DNA of 32,000 bases, from the NCBI RefSeq assembly GCF_000015145.1, contig NC_008818.1, positions 1,230,001-1,262,000 on the forward strand. The letters run 5' to 3'. The notes below the pieces were generated by a model. The model did no database searches, was not told where the DNA came from, and saw only the letters and a list, made by a program, of their open reading frames with translations. Positions 22,133 to 32,000 of this stretch are shown piece by piece (position 1 is the first letter of the stretch; every line of letters begins with the position of its first letter). Source of the stretch: Hyperthermus butylicus DSM 5456. GTDB taxonomy: Archaea; Thermoproteota; Thermoprotei_A; Sulfolobales; Pyrodictiaceae. The translations under genes and the position numbers were made by a program.

Positions 22133-23842
22133 TCAGCACCTAAAGCCCGTAAGGCCTACGTAGCGTAGCACGTCCCGACCAAGTCTAGCCAATTCGCTGC
22201 TTGAACGGAAGGGTCTACGCGATACCACTTGAAGGGCCATGCTCCTGCCTAGTACCTTAGTTAAGGCTGAAAGGCTTGCATGGTTAGCGTCAAGGGGTAT
22301 TGGCATACCGCGCACGCTTCGTGCAGAATGAGAGTAGACAACGACATCTATGACTAATGGAGGGTCGAGCTTACACGGTATCTCGACTACCACCGGGTAG
22401 CTTCCAGCCTGCCTGGCAAAGGTTACCCCTTGTGATGCATCGTATTTTTCAACGTAAACGTGCCTTAGCACAGAACCGCGAGGCAGTAGGCGTTCAAGGA
22501 AGAGTTTCGAGTATCTCAATGCTATCCTCTGAAACCACTTTGCATACCTCTCATGCTTCTTTACGATTTTCGTGCCAACAAGCGACATCCTAGTGCCAGG
22601 GAGTACTAACACCTTCCTAACGTTAATCCTTCTTAGCTGCAGCCCCCTTCTATACACCTCCTCGAGTAGTTGTGTGTTGAGCTTATAGGTTTCAGCAGTC
22701 TCGCCTATAAGGCCTAGGACGAAGTTTATGCCTGGGAGAAGTTCTGGAAGCCCATTATAGCCTGGCACGTCTCCATACCTGTTAATAATCTCGATAGCCT
22801 TTAGCGTCTCTTCCGGTAGTGTCTTAAGGTTATTCTCTACAACGACTCTAGGGTCAGCTGTCTCTATGCCGAGGGCAGCTACGTCTCCAGGTGTATGATA
22901 CTTAATTATGGTCTTGATGGCCTTAACAGACTCTTCCTCATGGCGCACAATAGTTCCAGGGTTAACATTGTCTATGTGGAGTGTGATAAGGCTTGGTGCT
23001 ACACTTCTAATTCCATGCAGTAGCCTTTCAAGGGCTTCCGGGTTGGGCTTAGGCCACTCGGTAGTGTCAAGCTCCTTGCTGCCGTAAACTAGTATGTCTG
23101 CTTGCCGCCCAAGCCTGAAGTGACGTACACCAGCACGGTATAACGCTTCAACCTCCCTGACAACGTCTTCCGGTTTTCTCTGCCTTGGTTTGCCGTAGAG
23201 TTTTGTTACACAGAAGCTACAGCCACCACTTATCCAACGGCTGCAGCCGCGATATGTTTCAATTTCAGCTACTAGGTTATAACCATGGTTAGGGTGTTGT
23301 TCAACAATCTTTGCACCCTTAACGGCAAACTCTGCTAGAAGGTCAAGGTTTTCAAGCCTCACCCATGGCCTCGCCTTCTCTGGCCCTTCCACAGCGTACT
23401 CGTAGACATATAACTCTGGGTCACCGGTCACTATCACGTCGAAATTGTTTCTAATGGTACTTGGGAGAGCTGCAACTGTGCCACCCTCGTTTCCTATTCC
23501 CCACCGTGCAGCCGCACCAACAAGCATCTTGAACGGCCTATCTATGAGGCTAAACCATGTCTTGAGTTCTTCAAGCGTTATGGGAGTACCGCCAATATAC
23601 CTGCCCGGTACTACAGCACCAGCAATAACTATCACTGTGTCGTATGTATTTGCTCTCTTTATGAATTCTGACGGGTTTCGGCGTGCTTCGTCAACAGTGA
23701 AATAGTGTATGGTGGTAGACTTATCCACAGCCCAGATAGCGCCCGCTATATAGCGGGGATACACGTCTATGTAGGGTGGCACGCCGAAACCAGCAGGCTC
23801 GTCGGTATAGCCGTCGAGTATCAGTACCCTCCTGGGCTTCAT
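22133..23842 (-). CDS. Radical SAM enzyme with an N-terminal flavodoxin/B12-like domain and a C-terminal helix-hairpin-helix (COG1031 family, function unknown).
   Basis: [21 protein letters not shown]-terminus. The Cys triad is [12 protein letters not shown] (Cx7Cx2C, 23210-23245). The C-terminal [30 protein letters not shown] is HhH-like. Confidence 0.78.
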   Translation of the reverse strand: MKPRRVLILDGYTDEPAGFGVPPYIDVYPRYIAGAIWAVDKSTTIHYFTVDEARRNPSEFIKRANTYDTVIVIAGAVVPGRYIGGTPITLEELKTWFSLIDRPFKMLVGAAARWGIGNEGGTVAALPSTIRNNFDVIVTGDPELYVYEYAVEGPEKARPWVRLENLDLLAEFAVKGAKIVEQHPNHGYNLVAEIETYRGCSRWISGGCSFCVTKLYGKPRQRKPEDVVREVEALYRAGVRHFRLGRQADILVYGSKELDTTEWPKPNPEALERLLHGIRSVAPSLITLHIDNVNPGTIVRHEEESVKAIKTIIKYHTPGDVAALGIETADPRVVVENNLKTLPEETLKAIEIINRYGDVPGYNGLPELLPGINFVLGLIGETAETYKLNTQLLEEVYRRGLQLRRINVRKVLVLPGTRMSLVGTKIVKKHERYAKWFQRIALRYSKLFLERLLPRGSVLRHVYVEKYDASQGVTFARQAGSYPVVVEIPCKLDPPLVIDVVVYSHSARSVRGMPIPLDANHASLSALTKVLGRSMALQVVSRRPFRSSSELARLGRDVLRYVGLTGFRC

Positions 23843-23879
23843 GGTCAGCCCCTAACCCGGCTGCGCCTCCACTCGATAG

Positions 23880-25037
23880 CTAGCTCACAGGCTCGTAGAG
23901 TATGCCTAGTTTATCAGCGTAAGCCTTTACTTCCTCAACCTCCTCAAGGTGCACCCTGCGTGCTATATCCCTCCATCTCCGGGGGTACTTTGCTACCAGG
24001 TTTTCAGGTCTATACTGATCCATAATGTTTACCAGAATCCGGTCTACTGGCAGGTTTTCGGAAATCCACTGCATAATGGGCTTGCTACAACACTCTATAT
24101 GGTTTGGAAGCACTAGATGTCTAATAATCATGTCTCCATGCTCAACAGCTATTCTGATATTCCTAGTTACTATCTCAAAGTATCTGGGCACAGCTGAAAG
24201 CCTAAGGGCGCACTTATCGTCACCATACTTGAAGTCTGGAAGCCACAAATCAACAAAATCTATCAGTATCTCCATTGCTTCAAGAGTCATGTACATATTG
24301 GAGTTCCATATATGGGGCACGTTGACGTCGAGATACAATAGTGATTCAACGATAGTCGGTATATTTGGTGTTGGTTCACCACCCACATGGTTTATGTTTC
24401 GGGCACCATAGATACGTAGCTCCCGCTGCATTTGTGCAAGCCTCTTGGCATCAACAACCTCTCCTGCACGGGGCATAACTTGGCTTATATCATAGTTCTG
24501 GCAGTATACGCAAGTAAAATTGCAGCCACCATAGAATATTGTGCCGCTAGGAACCAGTGGCGGCTCCTCGCCGAGATGATGGAACCAACTATGGACATAG
24601 GTCTTATTGTCTATGCGGCACGCTCCGATACGCCTACTACGGTCAATCATACACCTTCTCTCACACAGTCTACACGGGTTAGCTAGCCGCCTAGCAGCCT
24701 CAACGTCAAGGTGGAGTAGCGAGTACTCCGGTTTATCCCTAAACTCACGCTCGTAGACCTCTAGTGTCAGTGAGCCCTCAAGAGCCTCCTTTCGCAGTTT
24801 CTCAAGCTCAGCGTGGAGGCGACGCTTAAGTTGCCAAAGGTTTTCATCGTCCAACTTTGAGGGGTTCTCACCAGCGTCCACGGCACGGGCAAGGAGGAAC
24901 TTTGCCGGTGCTTCATCATTCATAACCATGTAGTACCATTTGAGCCTCCTACGCACTTCGTCGTTAAACCATACATATATGGCATCGGGTCTAATGCGTC
25001 TCCATATGACCTCTGGGACGAACCTATCGTACACCAA
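23880..25037 (-). CDS. Radical SAM protein, PflX-like (COG1313, homologue of pyruvate formate-lyase activating enzyme).
   Basis: CERRCMIDR...GACR upstream cluster, then YGGCNFTCVYCQNYDIS (CxxxCxxC). It is only 37 nt upstream of the 22133..23842 gene with no obvious TATA between them. Confidence 0.78.
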   Translation of the reverse strand: MVYDRFVPEVIWRRIRPDAIYVWFNDEVRRRLKWYYMVMNDEAPAKFLLARAVDAGENPSKLDDENLWQLKRRLHAELEKLRKEALEGSLTLEVYEREFRDKPEYSLLHLDVEAARRLANPCRLCERRCMIDRSRRIGACRIDNKTYVHSWFHHLGEEPPLVPSGTIFYGGCNFTCVYCQNYDISQVMPRAGEVVDAKRLAQMQRELRIYGARNINHVGGEPTPNIPTIVESLLYLDVNVPHIWNSNMYMTLEAMEILIDFVDLWLPDFKYGDDKCALRLSAVPRYFEIVTRNIRIAVEHGDMIIRHLVLPNHIECCSKPIMQWISENLPVDRILVNIMDQYRPENLVAKYPRRWRDIARRVHLEEVEEVKAYADKLGILYEPVS

Positions 25038-25482
25038 CGCAGTAATGCCCCACAGAATAGAATTACGCTAGCAACCCGTTATACTAGTTGACGCGACATA
25101 CTAGCTACTCGTACTCATAACTTCTTGCAAGCAGATCAAGTTCCTAGTATTGAGCACAGAGTGTGGCTGTAAGGTACAGCTCCACTGATAATTGCCCCCT
25201 ATAGAAGCGTAGAACTCTACATGAACTTCATGAACGCAGATGAGCTATATGCTGGTGAATGAAGGCTCTATAGTGATAGCAGAAATAATTGAGGGTTAGG
25301 GAAGTCGTTATCCATGTGCTACTTCGGTGCCATCTAAACACTAGAGCATCAGGGAGAGGTGGTTCTTTAGTCAAAACATTTAGACATGTATGGATGCCAC
25401 ATTTTAGTCGCATAGCGTAATGTCCAGGGCAGGTCTCCACTCGTTTTCAGCTTGCCTGTACATAGTACTGGTTGTTGTGGCA

Positions 25483-25758
25483 CTACTTACTGGTTGTCCG
25501 CTCTAAGAAGAGTCTATAGGCCTTCCATTCAGGCATGTTAGCATATTCTAGAGCTAGCCTGTAGAGCCGCTCTAGCTCTTCGTCCGAAGCATGATCTATA
25601 GGCTCGCCCTGGTAACCCGACTCTTCCCATCTTCTCTGCAGCTCCTCGAGAAGTTTCTCCACGTAGGGATCGCTGTAGAATGCTGCCTTGTTCATCTGTG
25701 GGGCGTTTTCGACAATATCTAGTATCCGTGCCTTTAGCTCCTCTCGTGTAAGAGCCAC
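25483..25758 (-). CDS. Hypothetical small helical protein immediately downstream of serS.
   Basis: 91-aa ORF with a GTG start, 6 nt after the serS stop. No motif recognised. Confidence 0.45.
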   Translation of the reverse strand: MALTREELKARILDIVENAPQMNKAAFYSDPYVEKLLEELQRRWEESGYQGEPIDHASDEELERLYRLALEYANMPEWKAYRLFLERTTSK

Positions 25759-25764
25759 TGTTCT

Positions 25765-27147
25765 CTAGCCCCTCACCTTCTTCACGGGGTGGATAGCATC
25801 TTTTGGTGCTTTCGGGAATATTTCAAGATATTTTCTCAGCACCTTAGGTATGACTACTGTGCCGTCGGGCTCCTGGAAGTTTTCCAGTATGGCTGTTATC
25901 GTTCTTGTTGAAGCTATGGCTGTTGAGTTTAGTGTGTGTACGTACTCGCGCTTCATATCTTTCTTCCTCACGAGCCTTATATTTAGCCGGTAGCTCTGCC
26001 AGTCAGTGGTGTTGCTTGCACTAACCATTTCCCTATACTTGCCTTGTGCAGGCATCCACACCTCAAGGTCATACTTCTTAGCTGCGGGTGCGCCTAGCTC
26101 GCCGGAGACAACGTTTACGACACGGTATGGTAGGCCTAGCCCCTGGAATAGTTCCTCAGCATTCCTTATCAGCTCTTCAAGAATATCCCAGCTCTCCTCT
26201 GGTTTTGCGTACACAAACTGCTCGACCTTGTGGAACTGGTGTACACGGAATATTCCTTTGAGGTCGCGGTTACCTGCACCGGCCTCCTTGCGAAAGCATG
26301 GACTTATACCGACAAGCTTTATGGGTAGCTCGTCCTCCATTATCTCCTCGTTGTAGTAAAGGCCAGCGAGAGGGTGTTCAGCGGTAGCTATGAGGTATAG
26401 GTCTTCGTCTTCAACCTTGTATATTGCGTCCTTAAAGGTCTCCATGTCTATTACGCCCATCAGTATTTTGTGCCTTATCATGTATGGTGGTAGTACGAGT
26501 CGGTAGCCCTTCTGGGTAAGCCTGTCTATAGCATAGAGGAGCAGTGCAAAGTCGAGCCAGACAATGTCGTCGAAGAGGTAGTAGAAGCGTGAACCTGCAA
26601 CTTCGGCAGCCTTCATAGTATTGCCAAGCTTTAACACGTATTCAAGCATGTCAGCGTGGCCTACCGGTTTCCAGTCGATAAGCTCATAGTCTACCTTGAA
26701 ACCCCATCGTTCGGTTTGCGCTTTAAACGCGTCAAGATGCCCTCTGTAAACCCTTGGCCGGCCCCAGAAGCGAATGGGCACGTTCTCCTCGTCTGAAAAG
26801 CCTACCGGTACACTGTCATGCACGATGTTTGGTAGAGATAGGAGTATCCTCTCGCGTTCCTCCTCGAGAGCCTTAAGCTTCTTTTCCAGCTCCTCCCTCT
26901 CAGCTAGGAGTCTTCTAGCCTCCTCTATCAGTTTCCTCCGCTCCTCGGGATCCCTAGCTGAAGCTATCTGTCTTGTTATCACGTTATGACGGTGTCTTAT
27001 CTCGTCAACTTGCCTCTTAAGCTTCCTCCACTCCTCGTCGACTCTCTTAGCCTCATCGATAACTGATGGGTCTAGTCCTCTCTTTCTCATGCTATCCTTC
27101 AGTATGTCGGGGTTTTCACGCAAGTAGCGCAATATGCTCCAAGTCAA
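25765..27147 (-). CDS. serS: Seryl-tRNA synthetase.
   Basis: N-terminal coiled-coil arm (LRENPD...[11 protein letters not shown]...), class II core with [22 protein letters not shown] and GSG..... The start is TTG, with an in-frame TAG 6 codons upstream. Confidence 0.95.
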   Translation of the reverse strand: MTWSILRYLRENPDILKDSMRKRGLDPSVIDEAKRVDEEWRKLKRQVDEIRHRHNVITRQIASARDPEERRKLIEEARRLLAEREELEKKLKALEEERERILLSLPNIVHDSVPVGFSDEENVPIRFWGRPRVYRGHLDAFKAQTERWGFKVDYELIDWKPVGHADMLEYVLKLGNTMKAAEVAGSRFYYLFDDIVWLDFALLLYAIDRLTQKGYRLVLPPYMIRHKILMGVIDMETFKDAIYKVEDEDLYLIATAEHPLAGLYYNEEIMEDELPIKLVGISPCFRKEAGAGNRDLKGIFRVHQFHKVEQFVYAKPEESWDILEELIRNAEELFQGLGLPYRVVNVVSGELGAPAAKKYDLEVWMPAQGKYREMVSASNTTDWQSYRLNIRLVRKKDMKREYVHTLNSTAIASTRTITAILENFQEPDGTVVIPKVLRKYLEIFPKAPKDAIHPVKKVRG

Positions 27148-27386
27148 GATACAAGTACACCCCTAGGCTTACCGAGGGCTCCAGCTGTGCTACGGATGCT
27201 GCTACGCATCTATTCCTCTTACTCTCCCGGTTAAATGGTGTTAATCGTGTAGAAGACGTCTACCCTACAACATAGCCGTGGGTGGGGTTAGTGGATTATT
27301 GTTGCTCAGCTAGCTGGTGGTCCCCTCATCACGCTTCAGCTGCCAGCCTATACTGGCTTCATCGCCAGCAGGGAGCGTTCTCCCTG

Positions 27387-27797
27387 TTAGGTTTGAGCAG
27401 TTTGCCCTCCATAAATCTCCTTATACCTCTTAATCCACTCATCAACTACATCGTAGCCGAATAACTCTTTGAGCATTTCACGGCCCTCTGGCGTTACGCG
27501 CTCAGGGTTCCAGGGAGTCTCGACATCGAGTTCTACCTCTACGTCCTTAGCTTCGGGTACGCGTTCTCTAATGGCTTCTTCGGCGAGTGTGACTATTTGA
27601 TAAGCGACTGGGCAGCCTGGTGCTGTTACACCAAGCCTAACCTTGATCTTTCCATCCTCCGTTACTTTGAGATCGTATACCAGCCCTAAGTCGTAGACGT
27701 TTACTGGTATTTCGGGATCGTATACGTTGCGGAGGGCATCAACAACCTTCTTACGGATCTCCTCGAGGTTTAGCTTTTTGGGTTGCTCTGTAGACAC
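27387..27797 (-). CDS. DUF59/MIP18-family Fe-S cluster assembly protein (SufT/PaaD-like).
   Basis: ALRNVYDPEIPVNVYDLGLVYD...GVTAPGCPVA is the DUF59 signature. GTG start. Confidence 0.8.
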   Translation of the reverse strand: MSTEQPKKLNLEEIRKKVVDALRNVYDPEIPVNVYDLGLVYDLKVTEDGKIKVRLGVTAPGCPVAYQIVTLAEEAIRERVPEAKDVEVELDVETPWNPERVTPEGREMLKELFGYDVVDEWIKRYKEIYGGQTAQT

Positions 27798-27842
27798 GAG
27801 TGATACACCTCCATTTAAACAGCCGTAACATAGGGACCTATT

Positions 27843-28049
27843 TTAGCGTCCCGTCCTCCTTGGTGGCCAGAGCTTCAACGTGACTGCATATGCTGTAAAC
27901 GGCGATGCAAGCGTGAATGCTATCCCAACAATCAGCATGGGTTTGGAGCCAGTCCTAAGTCCAGTATAAACCAGTAGTAGGCCTATAAATGCGAGTGGCG
28001 CTAGCACAATGTTGTACATTATCATTAGCTTCCGTAGACTAGTGTGCAA
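27843..28049 (-). CDS. Small two-TM membrane protein (hypothetical).
   Basis: Two hydrophobic stretches in 68 aa. Overlaps the upstream CinA-like gene's end by 11 nt. Confidence 0.4.
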   Translation of the reverse strand: MHTSLRKLMIMYNIVLAPLAFIGLLLVYTGLRTGSKPMLIVGIAFTLASPFTAYAVTLKLWPPRRTGR

Positions 28050-28836
28050 TCTCCTCCACCTTCACGTTAGCCCCTTCTAGTAGGCTGCGGAGCTTCTCTA
28101 GAACCTTTTCCGCCTTTGCTTCGGCCTTGCTGCACTCTTCCGCTGATGCCAGGACCTTTACCTCTACAACTGGCTTCTCAAGCTCGTGGCCTTTAGGGTG
28201 GCTCTTGACATAGCAGTCAAGGCATTCCCTAGAGGCCTTCTTAAGCAATGGGGCGAGGCTAGACTCGGGCATACCAGTGATAAGGATTCCTTTCTCTACA
28301 ACACAGAGCTGGGGAAGCAGGGGTTTTAGCTTCTCGAGAACATATTTGAACATTGCCTCCATCTCCCGGGGCACGCCGGGAAGCACGAAGATGTGTGTAC
28401 CCTTCTCAACGAGGTATGCTCCTGGAGCAGCACCAACTGGGTTTGGCAGAGCCTTAGCCCCTGCTGGTAGCAGAGCCATTTTCAGCCTCTCATGCGTCAA
28501 GCTATAGCCTTGAGATTCGTAGAACTCACGCACCATTCTATAGGCATCGGGGTTTAGTGTGAGGGGACGGTTTACAGCAACGGCAACAGCCTCCATAGTT
28601 TTATCGTCATCTGTTGGACCTAATCCCCCAGTTGTAACAACGATGTCTGCGTTGCCGATAGCGTCGCGTAGCACTCCGACTATCTCAGCTATATCGTCGC
28701 CTACCACAACTATACGCTTAACATCTACGCCGCGTAGTGTTAACTCGCGTGCAATCCAGGATGCGTTGGTGTTAATAATACGGCCGATTAGGAGTTCGTT
28801 TCCAATATTTATAATCCATGCTCTCGGCTTGTACAA
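28039..28836 (-). CDS. CinA-like molybdopterin-binding (MoCF biosynthesis) domain protein.
   Basis: AWIINIGNELLIGRIINTNASWIAREL...DIVVTTGGLGPTDDDKT is the CinA N-terminal / MoaB-MogA-like signature. Confidence 0.8.
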   Translation of the reverse strand: MYKPRAWIINIGNELLIGRIINTNASWIARELTLRGVDVKRIVVVGDDIAEIVGVLRDAIGNADIVVTTGGLGPTDDDKTMEAVAVAVNRPLTLNPDAYRMVREFYESQGYSLTHERLKMALLPAGAKALPNPVGAAPGAYLVEKGTHIFVLPGVPREMEAMFKYVLEKLKPLLPQLCVVEKGILITGMPESSLAPLLKKASRECLDCYVKSHPKGHELEKPVVEVKVLASAEECSKAEAKAEKVLEKLRSLLEGANVKVEEIAH

Positions 28837-28993
28837 TGTATCCGATACCCAGAAAGCTGGCCTCTAGCTCATCCAGTAAAATGCGCGCCGCCCCCCGGAC
28901 GGCCCCGCGGCACGGGGCTGGATGAGGGTAAGGGGACTTGCCTCCCGCAACCTATTCTCTCGGTACGTGGAAAAGATGGAGTTGAGCTGGGAA

Positions 28994-30310
28994 CTAGAGT
29001 AGGAGGTAGAGCCTTCCATCCTCGAGTGGGTTTACATCGAAGCAGTATTTGACCTCAAGGTATTCTTTACGGTACTCCTTTACTTCTCTCGCCACCTTCT
29101 CGGGGTCCTCGCCGTCGATAAGCACTCTTCTCATGAACCTTGCTATATCCTTCATATTGTCCTCCTTCATGCCGTACCTGGTCATCTCTTGTACTCCTAG
29201 ACGTAGGCCACTTGGATCCTTGATAGCGTCTGGGGGATCGTAGGGTAGTAGGTTCTTGTTTACAATTATGTTTGCCTTCTCAAGTAGAGTAGCTGCTTTT
29301 GCACCGCCACCCTGGGCCCTTACATCAACTAGTACTTGGTGGCTCTTAGTGTAGCCTAGATGCTCTCCTAGAACCTTGAAGCCCTCAGCTGCGAGAGCTT
29401 CTGCTAGTGCCTTAGCATTCCTAACAACCTGGTCGGCGTATTGTTCGCCAAAGTACTTCATTTCTACAGCGGTAACGGCGAGTGCGGGGAGCCTATGTAG
29501 ATGGTGGTTGCTGACAAATACGGGGAAGACAACCCTTGATATGGTCTTGTAAAGTTCCTCGCTCCGTGTAGCTACTATCCCGCCCTGGGGCCCGGGGAAG
29601 GTCTTGTGTGTTGAGGCTGTCATAACATCTGCTCCATGGTCTAGCGGGTTTCTCCACCTCCTCCCGACTATGAGGCCTAGTACGTGAGCAGCGTCATACA
29701 CTAGCTTTGCACCAACGGAGTGAGCTGTATCAGCGATCTCCTTTACCGGATGGGGGAATAGATAGACACTACCACCGAGCACAACGAGGCGTGGCCTAAC
29801 CTCCTCTATTAGTCGGATAGCCTTGTCAACGTCGATGTTCATGTTCTCCGGGTCGTAGGGCATCTCGATATGCTCTATGCAAAGTCCGCCAAGTGTACCA
29901 AACTTTGTATGACTAACATGTGCTCCTGCCTGTACTGGTGCAACAACCGCCTTATCGCCGCAGTTGGTTAGCGCTCTAAAAGCTGATGCGTTTGCAGTAG
30001 TCCCACTAACGGGCCGGGGATCCACATGTGCTCCGCCGAGCAGCTCGCCCATAAGCTGCATAACTCTATGTTCAATCTCGTCGACATATCGAGTGCCCTG
30101 GTAGTATCTCTTGAATGGCTTACCCTCAGCATACCGGTGCATCATGTCGCTAACGTATGCTGCTAGCGCGAGAGGGCTCATAGCGTTCTCGCTGGCTATA
30201 AGATTTATAGTCTCGTACTTGCGCCATAGATTGTGTGTTATCGTCTTTTCGAGAACCTCCCTCAGCTCCTGGGGGAGAAGGGGTAGCTTTTCCTGCCAGA
30301 ACCGGAGCAC
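28994..30310 (-). CDS. glyA: Serine hydroxymethyltransferase.
   Basis: INLIASEN, the PLP-lysine motif [14 protein letters not shown] and SNHHLH. GTG start. Confidence 0.95.
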
Positions 30311-30395
30311 TTTCCTGGCACCGGGTAGCCGGTGATATAGTAGAGACTAATTAACGCAAGCTCCTTGAAGCAGTGATCATGCTAGTATAGGGGCT

Positions 30396-30677
30396 TTACT
30401 GATACTCGCTAACCTTGACATAACTGGGTCTAAGCTTTAGAGCTTCAACATTCCTATGTGCAATCTCTACCGCCTCGACTACTATATCATAGGTTACCGG
30501 TACGCCTATCTCATCCTCGTAGCGGCGTAGAAGCCAATAGGCATCAATTTCGTCACTCCATTCTCCCCAATGTTCAACCAGTATCTCGGCTGCACGGCTA
30601 GGAGCTTGCAGAAACCTCTCATCAACATAGTCCTCCCGGTCGCCTCCACCCTTAACCTGACCTCGCTCTCTAGGCAT
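30396..30677 (-). CDS. Hypothetical small acidic protein.
   Basis: 93-aa ORF with an ATG start and a minus-strand TATA-like agttatacgc about 30 nt upstream. Confidence 0.45.
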   Translation of the reverse strand: MPRERGQVKGGGDREDYVDERFLQAPSRAAEILVEHWGEWSDEIDAYWLLRRYEDEIGVPVTYDIVVEAVEIAHRNVEALKLRPSYVKVSEYQ

Positions 30678-30855
30678 GGACTACACCCTGTCTCTCCCAG
30701 AAAAGTAGCGTATAACTGGCATGCTATTGGTGTTACGCCCAGCAAAACGTACTACTGGAATAGAATGTGGAATAGTCTCATGCGCCCACTAGCATCCCAG
30801 CAGTGTTAAGATGGGGCTTACTGGGCTGTAGCTGTTTAAGAATAGGACATCTGTC

Positions 30856-31305
30856 ATGAATACTTGCAGTCGGGGGTCTCTCACTGTGGCGGCTGTAATT
30901 GGAGCTGTTAAACTACCCGTACACGACGTGGCTCAAACTGTAGGCGTAGACCTATATCCTGTTTACGATGTTGAAATAGTTATCTATGGTGGCCTAGACC
31001 CGCAAACAGACGAGCTGGTAGACAATGCAAGGAAGGCTGCAGCCATACTACGAGAGGAATACGGTGTAGAGGTTATTGTTTCGCCAAACATAGTTCACTG
31101 GGACATAACCAGCTTTACCCCACAGCCATACATGCTCCCAGTCCTAGTCGTTAATGGCCGCGAGGTCTCAGAGGGGAAGGTCCCCTCCGTCCAGGAGATA
31201 GTCGATATAGTACTAAGACTCTTCGACGAGGAGAGGGGTGAGCACTCAATACCACCACTCAAGAAGGGAGATGATGCTGTTGAAGTTATGGCATGTACAT
31301 GGTAG
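30856..31305 (+). CDS. Hypothetical protein, paralogous to 2465..2773.
   Basis: VEIVIYGG...VDNARKAAAILREEYG...PVLVVNGREV shares its pattern with 2465..2773. TATA-like gtttaagaa lies about 25 nt upstream of the ATG. Confidence 0.5.
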   Translation: MNTCSRGSLTVAAVIGAVKLPVHDVAQTVGVDLYPVYDVEIVIYGGLDPQTDELVDNARKAAAILREEYGVEVIVSPNIVHWDITSFTPQPYMLPVLVVNGREVSEGKVPSVQEIVDIVLRLFDEERGEHSIPPLKKGDDAVEVMACTW

Positions 31306-32000
31306 ACGCTTAACCTTCCTTACCTTAATCTCTACAAGATTCTTGCTGCATACTCCCTTCTCTATGCATGTCCCTTCCCTGCTGTCAAGGAGGCATTTAA
31401 CAGCCGATGCGGCGGCGATAGTGGCCCCAGCCAGATCCTCGCCGCGTAGCAACATGTATGCGAGAATACCTGTAAACATGTCTCCTGCTCCAACACTATA
31501 GCCCTCTGACACGTAAGGCTCTACGGCAACAGCTATGCCAGCAGCGCGATCCAGCGCTATGGCTCCCTTTTCGCCGAATGTTACAACAAGCCTTATCGGT
31601 GCTAGTACATCTACAATATAGCTCAGAGCTTCTAGTCCCTCGTCTCCCACATCTTCAACGCTTATGCGGACAATACAATTCCAAGGTATGTGTCCCCGAA
31701 GCTCTGCTAGGAGATGTCCGAAACGCTCTATGCGGCCGTCACTGCTTATCCTCGTAAAGCCTTGCACATCCAGTATGCATACGCGATAGCCAGCACTATA
31801 CTTGGCTAGTAGCATAGGGCTATACTCCCAGTTAATGGGCGAGAATACAGCAGCATTGCATGAGGGGAGTGCATCACTAAAGAATGTTGAATGTAGCGCT
31901 TTCAGTCTCTTAACCCCTTGAGGGTCAAGCTCAAGGCTAAACGCCGTAGCACAGTCTCGATATGCCTCAAAGTTGGTGGGTCTACAGGGCTCGGCGAGAT
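31246..32000 (-). CDS. PfkB-family carbohydrate/nucleoside kinase, 5'-partial. The frame stays open to the window edge beyond the ATG at 31815.
   Basis: GAGDMFTGILAYMLL (the PfkB GAGD anion-hole motif). The minus-strand frame has no stop between 31815 and 32000 (...EPCRPTNFEAYRDCATAFSLELDPQGVKRLK...). Confidence 0.72.
   Translation of the reverse strand, partial: LAEPCRPTNFEAYRDCATAFSLELDPQGVKRLKALHSTFFSDALPSCNAAVFSPINWEYSPMLLAKYSAGYRVCILDVQGFTRISSDGRIERFGHLLAELRGHIPWNCIVRISVEDVGDEGLEALSYIVDVLAPIRLVVTFGEKGAIALDRAAGIAVAVEPYVSEGYSVGAGDMFTGILAYMLLRGEDLAGATIAAASAVKCLLDSREGTCIEKGVCSKNLVEIKVRKVKRLPCTCHNFNSIISLLEWWY

Noticed and set aside
27306-27365. Minus-strand C/D-like string GCGAUGA-19-CUGA-AGC-GUGAUGA-16-CUGA upstream of serS
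   Set aside because: The guide spacings (19 and 16 nt) are far from the canonical ~12. The first 'guide' folds on itself (GCCAG-loop-CUGGC) and there is no terminal stem. Box matches alone are expected by chance.
1-32000. CRISPR arrays, rRNA, tRNA genes, transposases, integrases or long terminal/direct repeats
   Set aside because: I saw no regularly spaced direct repeats, no T-loop (GGTTCRAATC-like) with matching acceptor stems, and no integrase- or transposase-like ORF in any frame.
1-32000. Global stop-codon reassignment (TAG or TGA as sense), suggested by the in-frame stops in guaA and leuS
   Set aside because: TAG terminates guaA itself, leuS, the GGR-family gene and others. TGA terminates NMD3, the HExxH protein and 7379..8002. 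TAA terminates aRF1 and others. All of these end at homology-consistent positions.

Overview
This is a gene-dense archaeal chromosomal segment. The evidence is aRF1, archaeal NMD3, an archaeal-type LeuRS, a Tes-like tetraether lipid synthase, TATA-box/leaderless gene starts and box C/D sRNA-like loci. Gene content and about 50% GC suggest a hyperthermophilic crenarchaeon (Desulfurococcales-like), but that is inference only. Housekeeping genes I can call with confidence are guaA, aRF1, leuS, serS, glyA, NMD3, TatD, a metallophosphoesterase, SIS/PHI, a PfkB kinase, a DUF59 protein, a CinA-like protein and a geranylgeranyl-reductase-family flavoprotein. I found no CRISPR array, rRNA, tRNA, integrase or transposase.

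Five things deserve a second look:
1. Three conserved genes carry single-nucleotide-scale lesions. guaA has an in-frame TAG, leuS has no canonical start codon (an in-frame TGA follows the only upstream ATG), and the Tes-like gene has a 1-nt frame break. The interrupted guaA sits next to an aRF1 whose NIKS and YxCxxxF motifs read NIKL and YRTDKWF.
2. Three radical-SAM genes lie in tandem on one strand: Tes-like, a COG1031 HhH type and a PflX-like type.
3. A minus-strand cluster of small cysteine-rich, HTH and coiled-coil proteins shares a recurring CP-aromatic-aromatic four-Cys module.
4. Several intergenic box C/D sRNA candidates are present. One has a guide with 11 nt complementary to the conserved archaeal 16S GGCCUAAAGCG segment. 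Two others flank a palindromic AT-rich putative bidirectional promoter.
5. There is a classical C2H2 zinc finger and a tandem HIT-like zinc-finger protein.

Everything here was read by eye. No searches or folding programs were run.
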